A DNA stretch of 61,496 bases, the filler included, from Actinomycetota bacterium (GTDB lineage: Bacteria; Actinomycetota; CADDZG01; JAHWKV01; JAOPZY01): the NCBI GenBank assembly GCA_025963875.1. It is 8 parts of 8 records of this genome, joined end to end, with 100 filler letters (N's around TTAATTAATTAA, not from the genome) between each part and the next. Parts side by side here need not be neighbours in the genome. Positions count along the whole stretch, not along the records: positions 29,894 to 42,866 come from JAOPZY010000035.1; positions 42,967 to 48,792 come from JAOPZY010000055.1; 6 more parts are not named here. The stretch is one strand, 5' to 3'. The notes beneath the pieces are model-generated. The model was given only the letters and a program-made list of their open reading frames with translations, was not told where the DNA came from and searched no databases. The position numbers and the translations under genes are program-made. Shown piece by piece: positions 37,501-46,219 of the stretch (position 1 is the stretch's first letter; each line of letters starts with the position of its first letter).

Positions 37501-37682
37501 GGTCCCTGGACGAGGGACCGGAGCTGAGCCGCTATGAAGGACGTCTGGCCCGGGCCGAGGTCGCCGTCGCCTCGGGCGACGTGGGCGCCGGCCAGATCGT
37601 GGCGGAGGCGTTGGCCCTCGCGGAGCGGGGCGGTCACATGCTGAGCGCTCGTCGCCTCTTCGAGCTGAAGGCCACCCTCTAA
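34572..37682 (+). CDS. SARP/BTAD-AAA ATPase-TPR transcriptional regulator
   Basis: IRVLGRF, LIEALWP, PLRE...EELGLDPSEET (BTAD), FMGREAEL, GGSGSGKS, VDDLQWAD, GSP, HDLIAE, helical repeats; start ATG 34572. Confidence 0.9.
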   Translation: MAIEIRVLGRFSVRRDGVEIPAGAFRGRLVRSLVRMLVTRRGSFVSRDLLIEALWPAGPPADPDLNLNVLVTRARSALGAPSLILTGPGGYSFARTGGCSVDAESFLELVAAGRMTDALTLWGGEPLAEDAYADWAQDYRDRLNRAYLEALEGAAAAALVAGAPARGVAWARLAVADAPLREASYLLLARALAASRDIAGALAVLAGLREKLAEELGLDPSEETRRLETRILRGEEVGVPVALPLGETARQLGSLVFMGREAELGAILTMGEGAALVAGGSGSGKSRLLAEAVARSPRRVLLVRASPSERDEPWHLTRALVRAGLALEPRAADALAQLPAEALAEAVPELAALRPTTGGVLDVESRRALVLEGAVRFVEAAAGASCLLAVDDLQWADASSLAVLERAAARLPGMGLILAFRPEEVAPGGPAALYFERLAALGRPLTRIDLGPLTGPALGAAVADPELVRCVVEDTDGSPMAVAELVRELAAQGALEAGPDGRWMAASPDAHALARKAARRGQRTTIEARVDRHPSARRELLALLALLGHPVPARLLALSVGAPAGLVLGDLDALGRTGLVNAGADGWSVTHDLIAEVVAGRIPATSRARLHELLASALRHEGADPSEVARHLAGAGDAPAAAGAFAEAAAQRLRRFAHREAEQVAEAGLALGPSEEVRSSLLEVRAEARATTGDLAGAREDLRGALAGARGGTRRSHLLTRMALLASGSEDLDRASELAELAMAEAGRDPAARAEALSVAAIIDMNADRRARAGQRSEQALELFRQAGHARGIADVLDGQAMATFLGGDIRGAVVTFDRVARLFEDSGDLLRVGTPRSTRGHALTFMARPREGLADARAALELARTLGHSEGEAYSLWHCSEALAALGKPGEALEAATAALAIAERIGHREWTAASLRAVGIARQAAGDQTGAEAAFRRSLATSENLSLFAGWASARIALVLVAGGDAARAAPHVARSLDEGPELSRYEGRLARAEVAVASGDVGAGQIVAEALALAERGGHMLSARRLFELKATL

Positions 37683-37706
37683 GCGGTTCCGCGGTTGCTG
37701 TGAACA

Positions 37707-37753
37707 AACTGTGTTTGCTACACCGCGTATGGCGCGGCAAAACAAACAAAGTT
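37707..37753. repeat. AT-rich imperfect hairpin downstream of the regulator
   Basis: AAACTGTGTTTG-CTACA-CCGCG-TATGG-CGCGG-CAAAA-CAAACAAAGTT. Confidence 0.55.
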
Positions 37754-37764
37754 GATTCTCCGCC

Positions 37765-38130
37765 GCTGCAACCGGTGATCAAGGCGCTGCTGCAAGAGGA
37801 GCCCGGGGAACTTGTGGTCCCGGCGCCCATCACCGCCGAAGTGGACCACCTGCTCGGTGGCCGACTCGGACACACGGCTCGGCTGGCCTTCCTTGACGAC
37901 CTGGCGGCGGGGCGGTTCACGGTTGCGTGTCTCGACGCCGACGATCACGATGTTGTGGCCGATCTGAGCGTCGCTACGATGACCTGGACGTCGGGCTGGC
38001 AGACCTGAGTCTGGTCGTGATTGCAAGGAGGTTCGGCACCCGGCGGCTCCTCACGTTCGATGAGCGCCACTTTCGAGCCTTACGGCCCCTGGACGGCGGC
38101 ACGTTCTCGCTGTTGCCTGCGGATGCACCG
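37765..38130 (+). pseudogene. vapC: VapC/PIN toxin pseudogene (5' truncated, frameshift ~37965)
   Basis: LVVPAPITAEVDHLL...DVVADL in one frame continues as ERRYDDLDVGLADLSLV...LLTFDERHFRALRP in another; first PIN Asp strand missing. Confidence 0.8.
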
Positions 38131-38155
38131 AAGCGTGAGCCGCCGCGGGAGGACT

Positions 38156-38722
38156 TCAGCGATCCTTCAGCTCCTTCTCCCACTCCTCGACGGTCATGAC
38201 AAGGGCTTGGCGGGGGAAGACCTTCTCGATCAGGACCCTGTGGACCTCCTCGTCGGCGTCGGCGCACCCGTCCGCGAGGACGGTGAGCTCGTAGTCGCGG
38301 TCGGCTGCCTCACGCAGGGTCGACAGAACAACCCCGCTCGTAGCGATCCCGGTCAGCACGAGGCGGGTCACACGACGAGAGCGCAGCAGCACCTCGAGGT
38401 CGCTGCCCGTGAAGGCGCTGACGCGCTTCTTGAGGACGACCGGCTCGCCGGCACCCGGAGCCAGTGCGGGGTGGATCTGCGTTGCCGGGCTGCCCTCTGT
38501 GAAAGCCTCGCCAGCCGCCTCGGTGGTCGCACGGAAGGTTCGGTTCGCCGGGCTGACCTCGGGAAAACCAGGTCGGAACGCGACACGTACGAACATGACA
38601 GGCACGCCGGCCTCGCGAGCTGCGGCGACCGCCCTGGTGAGGCGGTTCAGGAGTCCACCGGCACCGCCGTAGCGGTCGACGATTCCCCGCCGGACGTCCA
38701 TGACGAGCAGAGCGCTACTCAT
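38156..38722 (-). CDS. Isochorismatase-family cysteine hydrolase
   Basis: ALLVMD, KKRVSAFTGSDL, TGIATSGVVLST, DGCAD. Confidence 0.9.
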   Translation of the reverse strand: MSSALLVMDVRRGIVDRYGGAGGLLNRLTRAVAAAREAGVPVMFVRVAFRPGFPEVSPANRTFRATTEAAGEAFTEGSPATQIHPALAPGAGEPVVLKKRVSAFTGSDLEVLLRSRRVTRLVLTGIATSGVVLSTLREAADRDYELTVLADGCADADEEVHRVLIEKVFPRQALVMTVEEWEKELKDR

Positions 38723-38743
38723 TTCTTGTCCTCCCTACCTCGG

Positions 38744-39733
38744 CTAGGCCGGGGCGAGCTCCATGGAGTCGGCGAGCAGTTCCACCGAGCGGAGCATGGC
38801 TTCCGTCGTGGATGCCTGGTGGGCGACGATGAGCTCGTCGGCGTCGGCATGCTTGGCGAAGGCCTCGACGTACTCTCTGACCTCGGCCGGCGTTCCGACG
38901 GCGGAAAAGGTGAGCATGTGCTGGACGTGTTGCCCGGCGGGTGAGCGCAGCACCACGTCCGCCTCCTCGTCGCTGAATGTTCGCCCCTGGCCGAACAACA
39001 AGGTCACGCGGCTTCGCTTCGTTGCCAGGAACTGCGCCTGGGCCTCGGCCGTGGTATCCGCAGCAATGACGTTGACCCCGGCGATGACGTACGGCCGATC
39101 GAGCTGCGCCGAGGGCCGGAACCCTCGGCGGTAGGTAGCCACGGCTTCCTGCAGCGCGTCGGGGGCGAAATGGGATGCAAAGGCGTAGGGCAGGCCGAGG
39201 GTTGCGGCGAGGTTGGCCCCGAACAGTGACGAGCCCAGGATGTAGAGGGGCACATTGGCCCCCTTGCCGGGCGTGGCATCGATGCCTGGGATCCGGGACT
39301 TGCCGGTGAGGTAGCCCTGGAGCTCGAGGACGTCGTCTGGGAAACTCTCGGCCGACATCGGGTTGCGGCGCAGGGCGAACATGGTGTCCTGATCCGAGCC
39401 GGGGGCTCGCCCCAGACCGAGGTCAATGCGCCCAGGATGTAGGGCCTCGAGCGTGCCGAACTGTTCCGCGATCACCAGCGGGGAGTGGTTCGGGAGCATG
39501 ATGCCGCCGGCACCAAGGCGGATGCTGTGGGTGAACGCGGCGACATGGGCGATGAGCACGCTGGTGGCCGAGGACGCGATTGTGGGGATGTTGTGGTGTT
39601 CGGCGTACCAGACCCGCCGGTAGCCCCGCTCTTCCGCGCGCTGGGCCAGGGCCACGCTGGCAGCGAAGCTGTCGGTGGTCGTTTCGCCGGGACGGATGGG
39701 CGCCAGGTCAAGGATGGAGAGCGGAATGGTCAT
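38744..39733 (-). CDS. LLM-class flavin-dependent oxidoreductase
   Basis: [57 protein letters not shown]. Confidence 0.93.
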   Translation of the reverse strand: MTIPLSILDLAPIRPGETTTDSFAASVALAQRAEERGYRRVWYAEHHNIPTIASSATSVLIAHVAAFTHSIRLGAGGIMLPNHSPLVIAEQFGTLEALHPGRIDLGLGRAPGSDQDTMFALRRNPMSAESFPDDVLELQGYLTGKSRIPGIDATPGKGANVPLYILGSSLFGANLAATLGLPYAFASHFAPDALQEAVATYRRGFRPSAQLDRPYVIAGVNVIAADTTAEAQAQFLATKRSRVTLLFGQGRTFSDEEADVVLRSPAGQHVQHMLTFSAVGTPAEVREYVEAFAKHADADELIVAHQASTTEAMLRSVELLADSMELAPA

Positions 39734-39817
39734 TTGCAGGTCCCCCGATTCGTAGAGTCCCCCTCAACAAGTGTACGTACGGAGGCTCAGAGGGGGCCAT
39801 CTCGGGCGATGTCCGGG

Positions 39818-40493
39818 TCACTGGCCGGGCGGGAGCCTCCGGGAGCGGCTTGGCGAGTCGAAGAGGTAGCTGGTTGCCAGGCTGCGGTAGGGTCGCCAGG
39901 CCTCGGCGATCCGAAGGACCTCTTCTTGGCTGGGCAGGTGATCGAGTGCGTAGACGTCCCGGATGATCTTCCGTAACGCCAAATCGCCGGGCAGGACGAC
40001 ATCCTGACGGTCAAGGGCGATGATCAGAAAGCCCTGTACCGTCCACGGACCGATGCCCGGGATGGTCGTCAGCCGGGCTTCGACCTCCTGGTCGGACATC
40101 GTCTCCAACGATTCATCGCTCAACCGGCCGTCGACAAACTGCTCGGCAAGCGTTCGGATCGTCGCCACCTTGCGCCCCGACATCCCGACCCGGCGCACGT
40201 CGTCCGGATCGGCGACGACGAGCTCGGCAGGGGTCGGGAGCTTCCCCCCAAAGTGGTCCCGGAGACGGCCCAGGATACGTTGCGTCGCGACGACCGAAAG
40301 TTGCTGGCCGATGACCTGGAACACGAGGACAGTCGAAGGGCTCCATCGGTGGCATCTCGGCGAGCCAAGCCCGCGGATCGAAGTCGGGACAGGCGTCAAT
40401 CAGTCGGGCGAGGACGGGGTCTGCGTTCCGCAGATAGGCGCGTTCCGACGAACGCTGGGCCGGGTTGGGTGCGTTTTGGCCCGGGGATCTCAT
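39818..40493 (-). pseudogene. alkA: DNA-3-methyladenine glycosylase II (HhH-GPD) with frameshift ~40335
   Basis: YLRNADPVLARLID...PPMEPFD in one frame, VLVFQVIGQQLSV...PGIGPWT...LPGDL...WRPYRS in another. Confidence 0.8.
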
Positions 40494-40597
40494 GTCGGCT
40501 GATCCTAAAGACTGATCGCCTCCGTTTGTGGTGGACTGTCGATCTCAAACGCGGTCCACATTCCTCCGCCGGGGGGGAAGATTGGAGGGTTGACGCT

Positions 40598-40813
40598 GTG
40601 GCCAGCTCAAATTTCCGTGACACTGTCGCAAACTTTCGGGAGTACGATGCTCCCCTCCCGACCAAGCTCAGGTTGGCGCTCAGCAACACCTGGATCAAAC
40701 TACGGACCAGATCCAGCTGCTGCGGGCACCTGGGCCAGCCCGGCTGTTGACAGCGGGCTGACGGATCCCGTGAGGGTCCTTCCCACGACCACGACCACAA
40801 CCACGATCACTGA
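40598..40813 (+). CDS. Small Cys-rich protein; 50 aa to TGA 40748-40750, or 71 aa candidate selenoprotein if that TGA is Sec
   Basis: GGAGG RBS, GTG start; ...RSSCCGHLGQPGC-TGA-QRADGSREGPSHDHDHNHDH-TGA in frame; hairpin 12 nt after the first TGA. Confidence 0.65.
40763..40779 (+). promoter_or_regulatory. Candidate bacterial SECIS hairpin
   Basis: GGA-U(bulge)-CCC-GUGA-GGG-UCC starting 12 nt after an in-frame UGA. Confidence 0.45.
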
Positions 40814-40825
40814 CAAGTTGCGCCA

Positions 40826-42523
40826 TTAAGGAAAGCAGAAGCCTCCGGCGAGGGCCGGGCAGGTCCCGGGCGTGAAGGAGACTCCCCGCAACACGCTGCC
40901 GGCCGCGGAAGTCTGAAGGGTCTTGAAGCTCTCCCCGGCCGGGAGCGTGCCGGCCGCGGTCCGGTCGGTGATGGCCACGAGCCGGTTGGGGTCGGCGCCC
41001 TGATCCCCGCCGCCGCTCACCGTCGATGACATCGCCCAGATCGTTACCGTCCCGTCAGGGTTGACCCGACCCGTGAGGTTGCGCAGCCCGTCTGTGGCAG
41101 GTGCCCACGGAAGCCCAGTCGCGGCGTTGTTCCCTGTGGGGTAACCGGGCACCGTGTAGGGCTGGCCGAGATTCAGGCCCGACTGGAGCGTGTACGCCAG
41201 CTTCCACATGCCTGCCGTGGCGTCGAAGACCCACTTCTGGAGACCGGCCGTGGTGGAGGCGGCGGCATCCGTGTACTGGCCCGAAGACGACGAGTACGTG
41301 TTGCTACCCGTCCCCTCGTCGGCGACGTAGAGGGTGGTGGGATTGGCGAACCACACCCCGAAGGGGAACATGGTCGGCGCTGCCTTCGCCAACGTCGTCG
41401 GGAAGCCGGCCAGGATGCACATGTTGCTGGGCAGGCCCGTGGTTGTCACCGTTGAGGCGTTGTAGGCCACCGGGGACGTCGGAAGCGTTGCGCCCGGCTG
41501 CGGGAGCCCCACGCCGTTCGGGCACGCGTTGCCGGTCGTGTCCACGAAGTACACCGTGTCCACGCCGTTGCCACCGCTGCCCTTCGTGTAGTAGAGGACG
41601 TTGTTGTGGACACCGATACCGCGGAAGTTGTCGTCCTTCCCGATCTTGTCAGCCTTGTCGCCGAGCTGGGTGATATTGAAGCTGCCGACCGGGGTTGGAG
41701 TCCCTGGATTCTGCAGCGCTTCTGGTTGGAGAGAGGGCTGCGCGATCTGGGCGCCGGCGCCCTCGACGATGCCGGCAGGCTGCGGGTTGGCGCCGTTGCC
41801 GGCGTTGCCGGCCATGTACAGGAAGTTGGCCCCCGACTTGTTGTTCAAGATCGCGGCCCGCCCGTTGTTACCGCTGTAGGCGTTCGTCTCGGTGAAATGG
41901 AACTTGCCATCCCGGCCGAGTTCCGCGACAACCCGGTAATAGGCGCTCGGCACGGGGTTGGTGGGGTCGATCGCGCCAGGAGTGTTGGAGTTGGAGGCGT
42001 CGAGGGTGCCGACCGGGGCTCGATACCCCATGAAGGTCAGGTACTGACCGTCCGTCGAGAGGTTGAGCCCGATCTCCGACTTCGAGGGGAAGCTGGTCAC
42101 CATCTGGTCGGCGCCCGCTGAGATGCCAGGCTGCGAGCTGTTCGGGACGTCGATGGAACCGAGCTTGAAGCCCCACGGCGTGAGCTCGTTCAACACGATC
42201 TTCGAGGTGATGCCGAAGCTTGCGTCGACGAGGGCGTTGTTGAAGACGTACGGATAGGAACCACCCGCGGTCGCGGTCACACACGTGCTGCCCGTGCATC
42301 CCGGGGGGAGCTGGGTGCTGCCCGCTACGATGTTCGGATCATTTTGGAAGACGCTGCTGCTGACGAGCAGGGCTCCGGGCAGCAACGGCAGCTGTGGCGG
42401 AGAGGGGATGTCGGAAAGACCGGCTACCGCTCCGGATTGAGCCACCAGCGCAGCCATCGCAGCAAACGCCGATATCAGGGACCCTCGGCGGAGAGCGTTA
42501 CGGAAAATATGCTTCGGGCGCAT
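40826..42523 (-). CDS. Secreted hypothetical protein (~565 aa, beta-propeller-like)
   Basis: AAGGAGG RBS, signal peptide, SFPSKSE, NAYSGNNGRAA, KDDNFRG, LYVADEG, GLQKW, DGLRNLTG; strong codon bias. Confidence 0.85.
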   Translation of the reverse strand: MRPKHIFRNALRRGSLISAFAAMAALVAQSGAVAGLSDIPSPPQLPLLPGALLVSSSVFQNDPNIVAGSTQLPPGCTGSTCVTATAGGSYPYVFNNALVDASFGITSKIVLNELTPWGFKLGSIDVPNSSQPGISAGADQMVTSFPSKSEIGLNLSTDGQYLTFMGYRAPVGTLDASNSNTPGAIDPTNPVPSAYYRVVAELGRDGKFHFTETNAYSGNNGRAAILNNKSGANFLYMAGNAGNGANPQPAGIVEGAGAQIAQPSLQPEALQNPGTPTPVGSFNITQLGDKADKIGKDDNFRGIGVHNNVLYYTKGSGGNGVDTVYFVDTTGNACPNGVGLPQPGATLPTSPVAYNASTVTTTGLPSNMCILAGFPTTLAKAAPTMFPFGVWFANPTTLYVADEGTGSNTYSSSSGQYTDAAASTTAGLQKWVFDATAGMWKLAYTLQSGLNLGQPYTVPGYPTGNNAATGLPWAPATDGLRNLTGRVNPDGTVTIWAMSSTVSGGGDQGADPNRLVAITDRTAAGTLPAGESFKTLQTSAAGSVLRGVSFTPGTCPALAGGFCFP

Positions 42524-42866
42524 TGACGCCTCCTTGGGTGGGGTTCGGGCAATGCCGCCCGAAGGTCCATCGACCCTAGCGAGGCGATCTGAACGGGAGA
42601 TGACGGGTGCGTAACGGGAGGGTGATTTGTTAAGCGTCCGCCTCTGGACCGACACACAGCGGTCGGCGACGCTGAGGCGTTAGGACGCACCGCTAAATAG
42701 ATTGCCCGATTGACAAGCGTCGTGCGACAGCCGGACCAGAGAGATTGCGCCTCCATGCCGGAAGATTGCGTCAAAAAGTCGCGTCGGCGGTCCTTTTGGC
42801 GGAATCTTGGTTCGAGGTGCCGCCGGGGCTGGCCGGGTGAAGCGGCCCTGGGTCCTGCTGGGCGTC

Positions 42867-42966
42867 NNNNNNNNNNNNNNNNNNNNNNNNNNNNNNNNNN
42901 NNNNNNNNNNTTAATTAATTAANNNNNNNNNNNNNNNNNNNNNNNNNNNNNNNNNNNNNNNNNNNN
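42867..42966. other. Artificial contig spacer
   Basis: N44-TTAATTAATTAA-N44. Confidence 0.99.
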
Positions 42967-43750
42967 AAGCCCGACACCCGACACCGGCGCCATCTCCACG
43001 ACCTCCTCGTCGAGCACGTCCACGCCGTGTGTGGCGAAACTCGGCGACCTGCTGAGCGCCAAGATCCTCTGTGCCAACGTCACCACGGAGGGATTCCCCG
43101 GCAAGTCGACGGCCAGCGCGTCGCTCGCCGAGGCTACCGTGGGGACGCCCGACCGCTCGTGCACGAAGAGCGACCCCGACAAGACGGGTGACCTCCACGG
43201 GAAGGGCGAATTCTACGGGAGCGCGTCCGCCGGAAAGGGTCACTCCTGCGTTGAGAGCGACCCGTACGAGCAGAAGAGTCTCTCGTACGTGATGAGCGAT
43301 TACATGACGAGCGAGTCCGACGTGGCGAGAGATTCTTACGTGACAAGGGACTCTTACCCGAAGAGCCACTCCTACGACGACGACGAGAAGGGCCAGGACG
43401 AGGACCGCGAGAGCGAGTCTGACGACGAGAGCCCGGGCTCGTCAACGATCACCGTGCGGGCCGTCAAGTCGACGTCGACGACCACGTGCGATGGGTCCAA
43501 CGGCACCACCACCATCGACTACCTCGCGGTCGGCAACAAGGTGGTGATCTCCACACCCACACACGTCGCCCCCAACACGACGATCACCGTGGGCCTGGTG
43601 AAGCTGGTGCTCAACGAGCAGATCCCATTCGGCACTCCCGACAGGGGCCTCACGGTGAACGGCGTGCACGCCACCATCAACGCCCTCGGCCTTGCGAAGG
43701 TGGATGTGGTCGTCGCGTCGTCCGAGAGCGACATCGGCAACTGCCCGTAG
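42967..43750 (+). CDS. Choice-of-anchor-P-like beta-rich protein with acidic insertion (5' partial)
   Basis: AVKSTSTTTC..GTTTI..L.VG, APNTTI, LVLNEQ, LTVNGVH, VVVASSESDI..C; frame open to contig edge. Confidence 0.7.
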
Positions 43751-43779
43751 AGACGGCCCGTCGCCATGTGCCAGCGGAG

Positions 43780-44313
43780 TTAGTCGGTGAAGGCTGGCTC
43801 CGCAATGGGGGCGGCAGCGGCGGCCTTCCTGGCCGCGCTGGTCTCTTTCTTGGCGGCGTTCTCGGCCTTCTTCGTGGCCGCGGCGGCTCTCTTGATGACG
43901 TTCTCAGCCTTCTTCGCTGCCGCAGCGGCCTTCCTGGCCGTAACGGCGGCTTCCACTTCGTCGAGGATGACCCGCTCACGCTTGAGCCTGAGACCCCGAA
44001 GGAAGTTGGAGGCAATCACGTTGGCGGGGTCGAGGGCGAGGATTTCGACGTAGAGCGCCTCGGCGGCCTCGGCGTCACCCTTGTCTCTGAGGCATCTGGC
44101 GAGCCGGGTCATGGCAACCTTGCGCTGCGGATCCAGCTCGAGAAGACGGCGGTTCACCTCCTCGGCCCCGGGTCCCCAGTCGCCCATGCTGGCGAGCTGA
44201 TCTGCCTGCCGCTGGAGCGCGCCGGTACCCGCAGGAAGGGGGTTGTCGCCGCCGCCCAAGGCCCGTCGGGCCGCATTCAGAGCGGCGAGATCCTTCTGGT
44301 CATCGGCCATCAT
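43780..44313 (-). CDS. TPR-containing protein with Ala/Lys-rich tail
   Basis: NRRLLELDP..AMTRLARCL..AEALYVEILALDPAN TPR pattern; tail KAAAAAKKAE...AAKKE; GAGGGTG RBS. Confidence 0.72.
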   Translation of the reverse strand: MMADDQKDLAALNAARRALGGGDNPLPAGTGALQRQADQLASMGDWGPGAEEVNRRLLELDPQRKVAMTRLARCLRDKGDAEAAEALYVEILALDPANVIASNFLRGLRLKRERVILDEVEAAVTARKAAAAAKKAENVIKRAAAATKKAENAAKKETSAARKAAAAAPIAEPAFTD

Positions 44314-44524
44314 CTCGCCACCACCCTCTCTGCTGTTAAGCCTCGTGTGCCTCTAAGCCCACGCCCCGACGTACCGTGGCTCGATCCTCCTCGGAGGAGA
44401 GCTGATTACGGTGATCGATGCTGCAGGCGTGCCGCCAACCCAAGCCCGCGGACGTGCTTCGCTGATGTCAGTATAGCACCGTATCTGATACGGATCGGTG
44501 TCGTATTGGAATTATCGGACCTAC

Positions 44525-46195
44525 TCAGCCGACACCTGCGCAGTGTAGTGGGGCGGCGTTCGAGCCCGGGGCGGCGACGAGGCCCAGTGCCGACGGCTCG
44601 GCGATCCCGCTGACCGTGAGCGGGCGCGGCGGGCCTCCCACGAAGGCGTTGGGCGGTTGGCGGTTGAGATCCAGGTAGCAGGCGACGAGCGCGGCGAGTT
44701 GGCGCTGGCCGTCCCCGGTCGGGTGGAACGAACCCCCGTCCACCGGCCTCGACACGTTGAGGATGGGCTTGATCGAGTTCACGTACTGGCCCAAGGTCGC
44801 GCAGGGCTCGTGGCCGGCCCAGACCGCCACCGGGGAGACGAACTCGATGCGGGCCGCGACGGCCTGCTCGTAGAGGGCGTTGTTGAACTGGTCGCTCAGC
44901 GCCCGGATCCCCGTGCGCTCGACCAGGCTGTAGCGCCGCAGGATGCTGGCGCAGTCGTTGGGCTGGAGGCCCGCCCGGCCCCCGGGGAACAGGTACGGAT
45001 AGCCGATGGCGACGATCCTGGCGTTGGGATAGCTCTGGCGCAGCTTCCCGTACAGGGTGGCGGCCCGCTGGCTCACGATCTGCACCGCCGCCGGGCCCCA
45101 GGTCTCGAGACGCTGGGACGGGGGCCAGGTGAGCGTTGGTCGCTCGAACAGGTGCCCCGGTGTGACGAACAGCGTCTTCATGCAGTTGGGGGAGCTGAAG
45201 CAGATCTGCACGATGTCCGAGAACAGGGCGTCGTTGCCCCCGATCGTGAGGGTCACCAGCCCGACGTCGGGGTGGACCGCACCGTCGACCTGGGGTCCTA
45301 CCGTGGTGGGGGGACGTCCCGTCGCATACTTGTGGAACGCCGAGTAGATATCGGGGATGACGGCACCGGAGCACGCTGGGAACTGGACCCCCGCCGGCGC
45401 AGGGTCGAAGACGAGGAGCTGCGAGTACGCGCCACGGGAACGATCGCAACCGTTCCCGCCTTGGGCGACGGCCCCGGTTCCGGGGTCGAACGGGGCCAAC
45501 CCTTCTCCCGCAGAATACGAGTCCCCGAGAGCCATGTACCTGCCCGAGATGCCGTGGACGACGGGGATCGCGATCGACGCCTTCGGCAGGTTGGCCTGCC
45601 GGTACCACGCCAGGACACCGATCACTCCCGCCATGAGGCCGGCGCCGAGGGCCAGGCCCACCAGGCCGGCGAGCACGTGGATGCTCATACTCTCCGTCTG
45701 GCCTTCGAAGCCACCGGGCCGCATGGTGAGGTAGGTCAGGACCGCCATCACGACGGAAACGACGCCTGCGGAGATGAAGTAGCCCCAGGTCGCCGCGGTC
45801 CCGAGGCCGACGTGGATCACCCAGCGGTCCTGGACAAACAGGCCCACCAGGAGTGCCAGCGTGACCACGGCCATCAAGATGTACTCCCCCGTTCCAAGGA
45901 AGGTCCACGTCGGATGGCGGGCCTCGTTGACGGCCGCGACCAGCAGCGAGACGGCGAGGCCGTGCGCGGCCCCCTCGAGCAGGTAGCCCAGCACGTAGGC
46001 GGCGATGATCCCGGCGAAGGGATAGACGGCGAACGCAGCCAGAAGGACCACGGCGACGCCGGCCAGCCCACAGATGCCGAACACCACCAGGTCGAGCAGG
46101 CTCAGATCGTCCCTGTCGACCTTGTGCGGGTGCACGGCTGTTTGGGTTGCCACGGCGGCAACATTCTCGCCAGCCTCGTCGCTTCCGTCCAGCAT
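44525..46195 (-). CDS. SGNH/GDSL hydrolase with multi-TM N-terminal domain
   Basis: ~6 hydrophobic segments then ALGDSYSAGEG, ACSGA, TIGGND, GYP, GHEPC, SFHPT. Confidence 0.88.
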   Translation of the reverse strand: MLDGSDEAGENVAAVATQTAVHPHKVDRDDLSLLDLVVFGICGLAGVAVVLLAAFAVYPFAGIIAAYVLGYLLEGAAHGLAVSLLVAAVNEARHPTWTFLGTGEYILMAVVTLALLVGLFVQDRWVIHVGLGTAATWGYFISAGVVSVVMAVLTYLTMRPGGFEGQTESMSIHVLAGLVGLALGAGLMAGVIGVLAWYRQANLPKASIAIPVVHGISGRYMALGDSYSAGEGLAPFDPGTGAVAQGGNGCDRSRGAYSQLLVFDPAPAGVQFPACSGAVIPDIYSAFHKYATGRPPTTVGPQVDGAVHPDVGLVTLTIGGNDALFSDIVQICFSSPNCMKTLFVTPGHLFERPTLTWPPSQRLETWGPAAVQIVSQRAATLYGKLRQSYPNARIVAIGYPYLFPGGRAGLQPNDCASILRRYSLVERTGIRALSDQFNNALYEQAVAARIEFVSPVAVWAGHEPCATLGQYVNSIKPILNVSRPVDGGSFHPTGDGQRQLAALVACYLDLNRQPPNAFVGGPPRPLTVSGIAEPSALGLVAAPGSNAAPLHCAGVG

Positions 46196-46219
46196 TCGGT
46201 CGCATCGAGGCTTCGGTTG

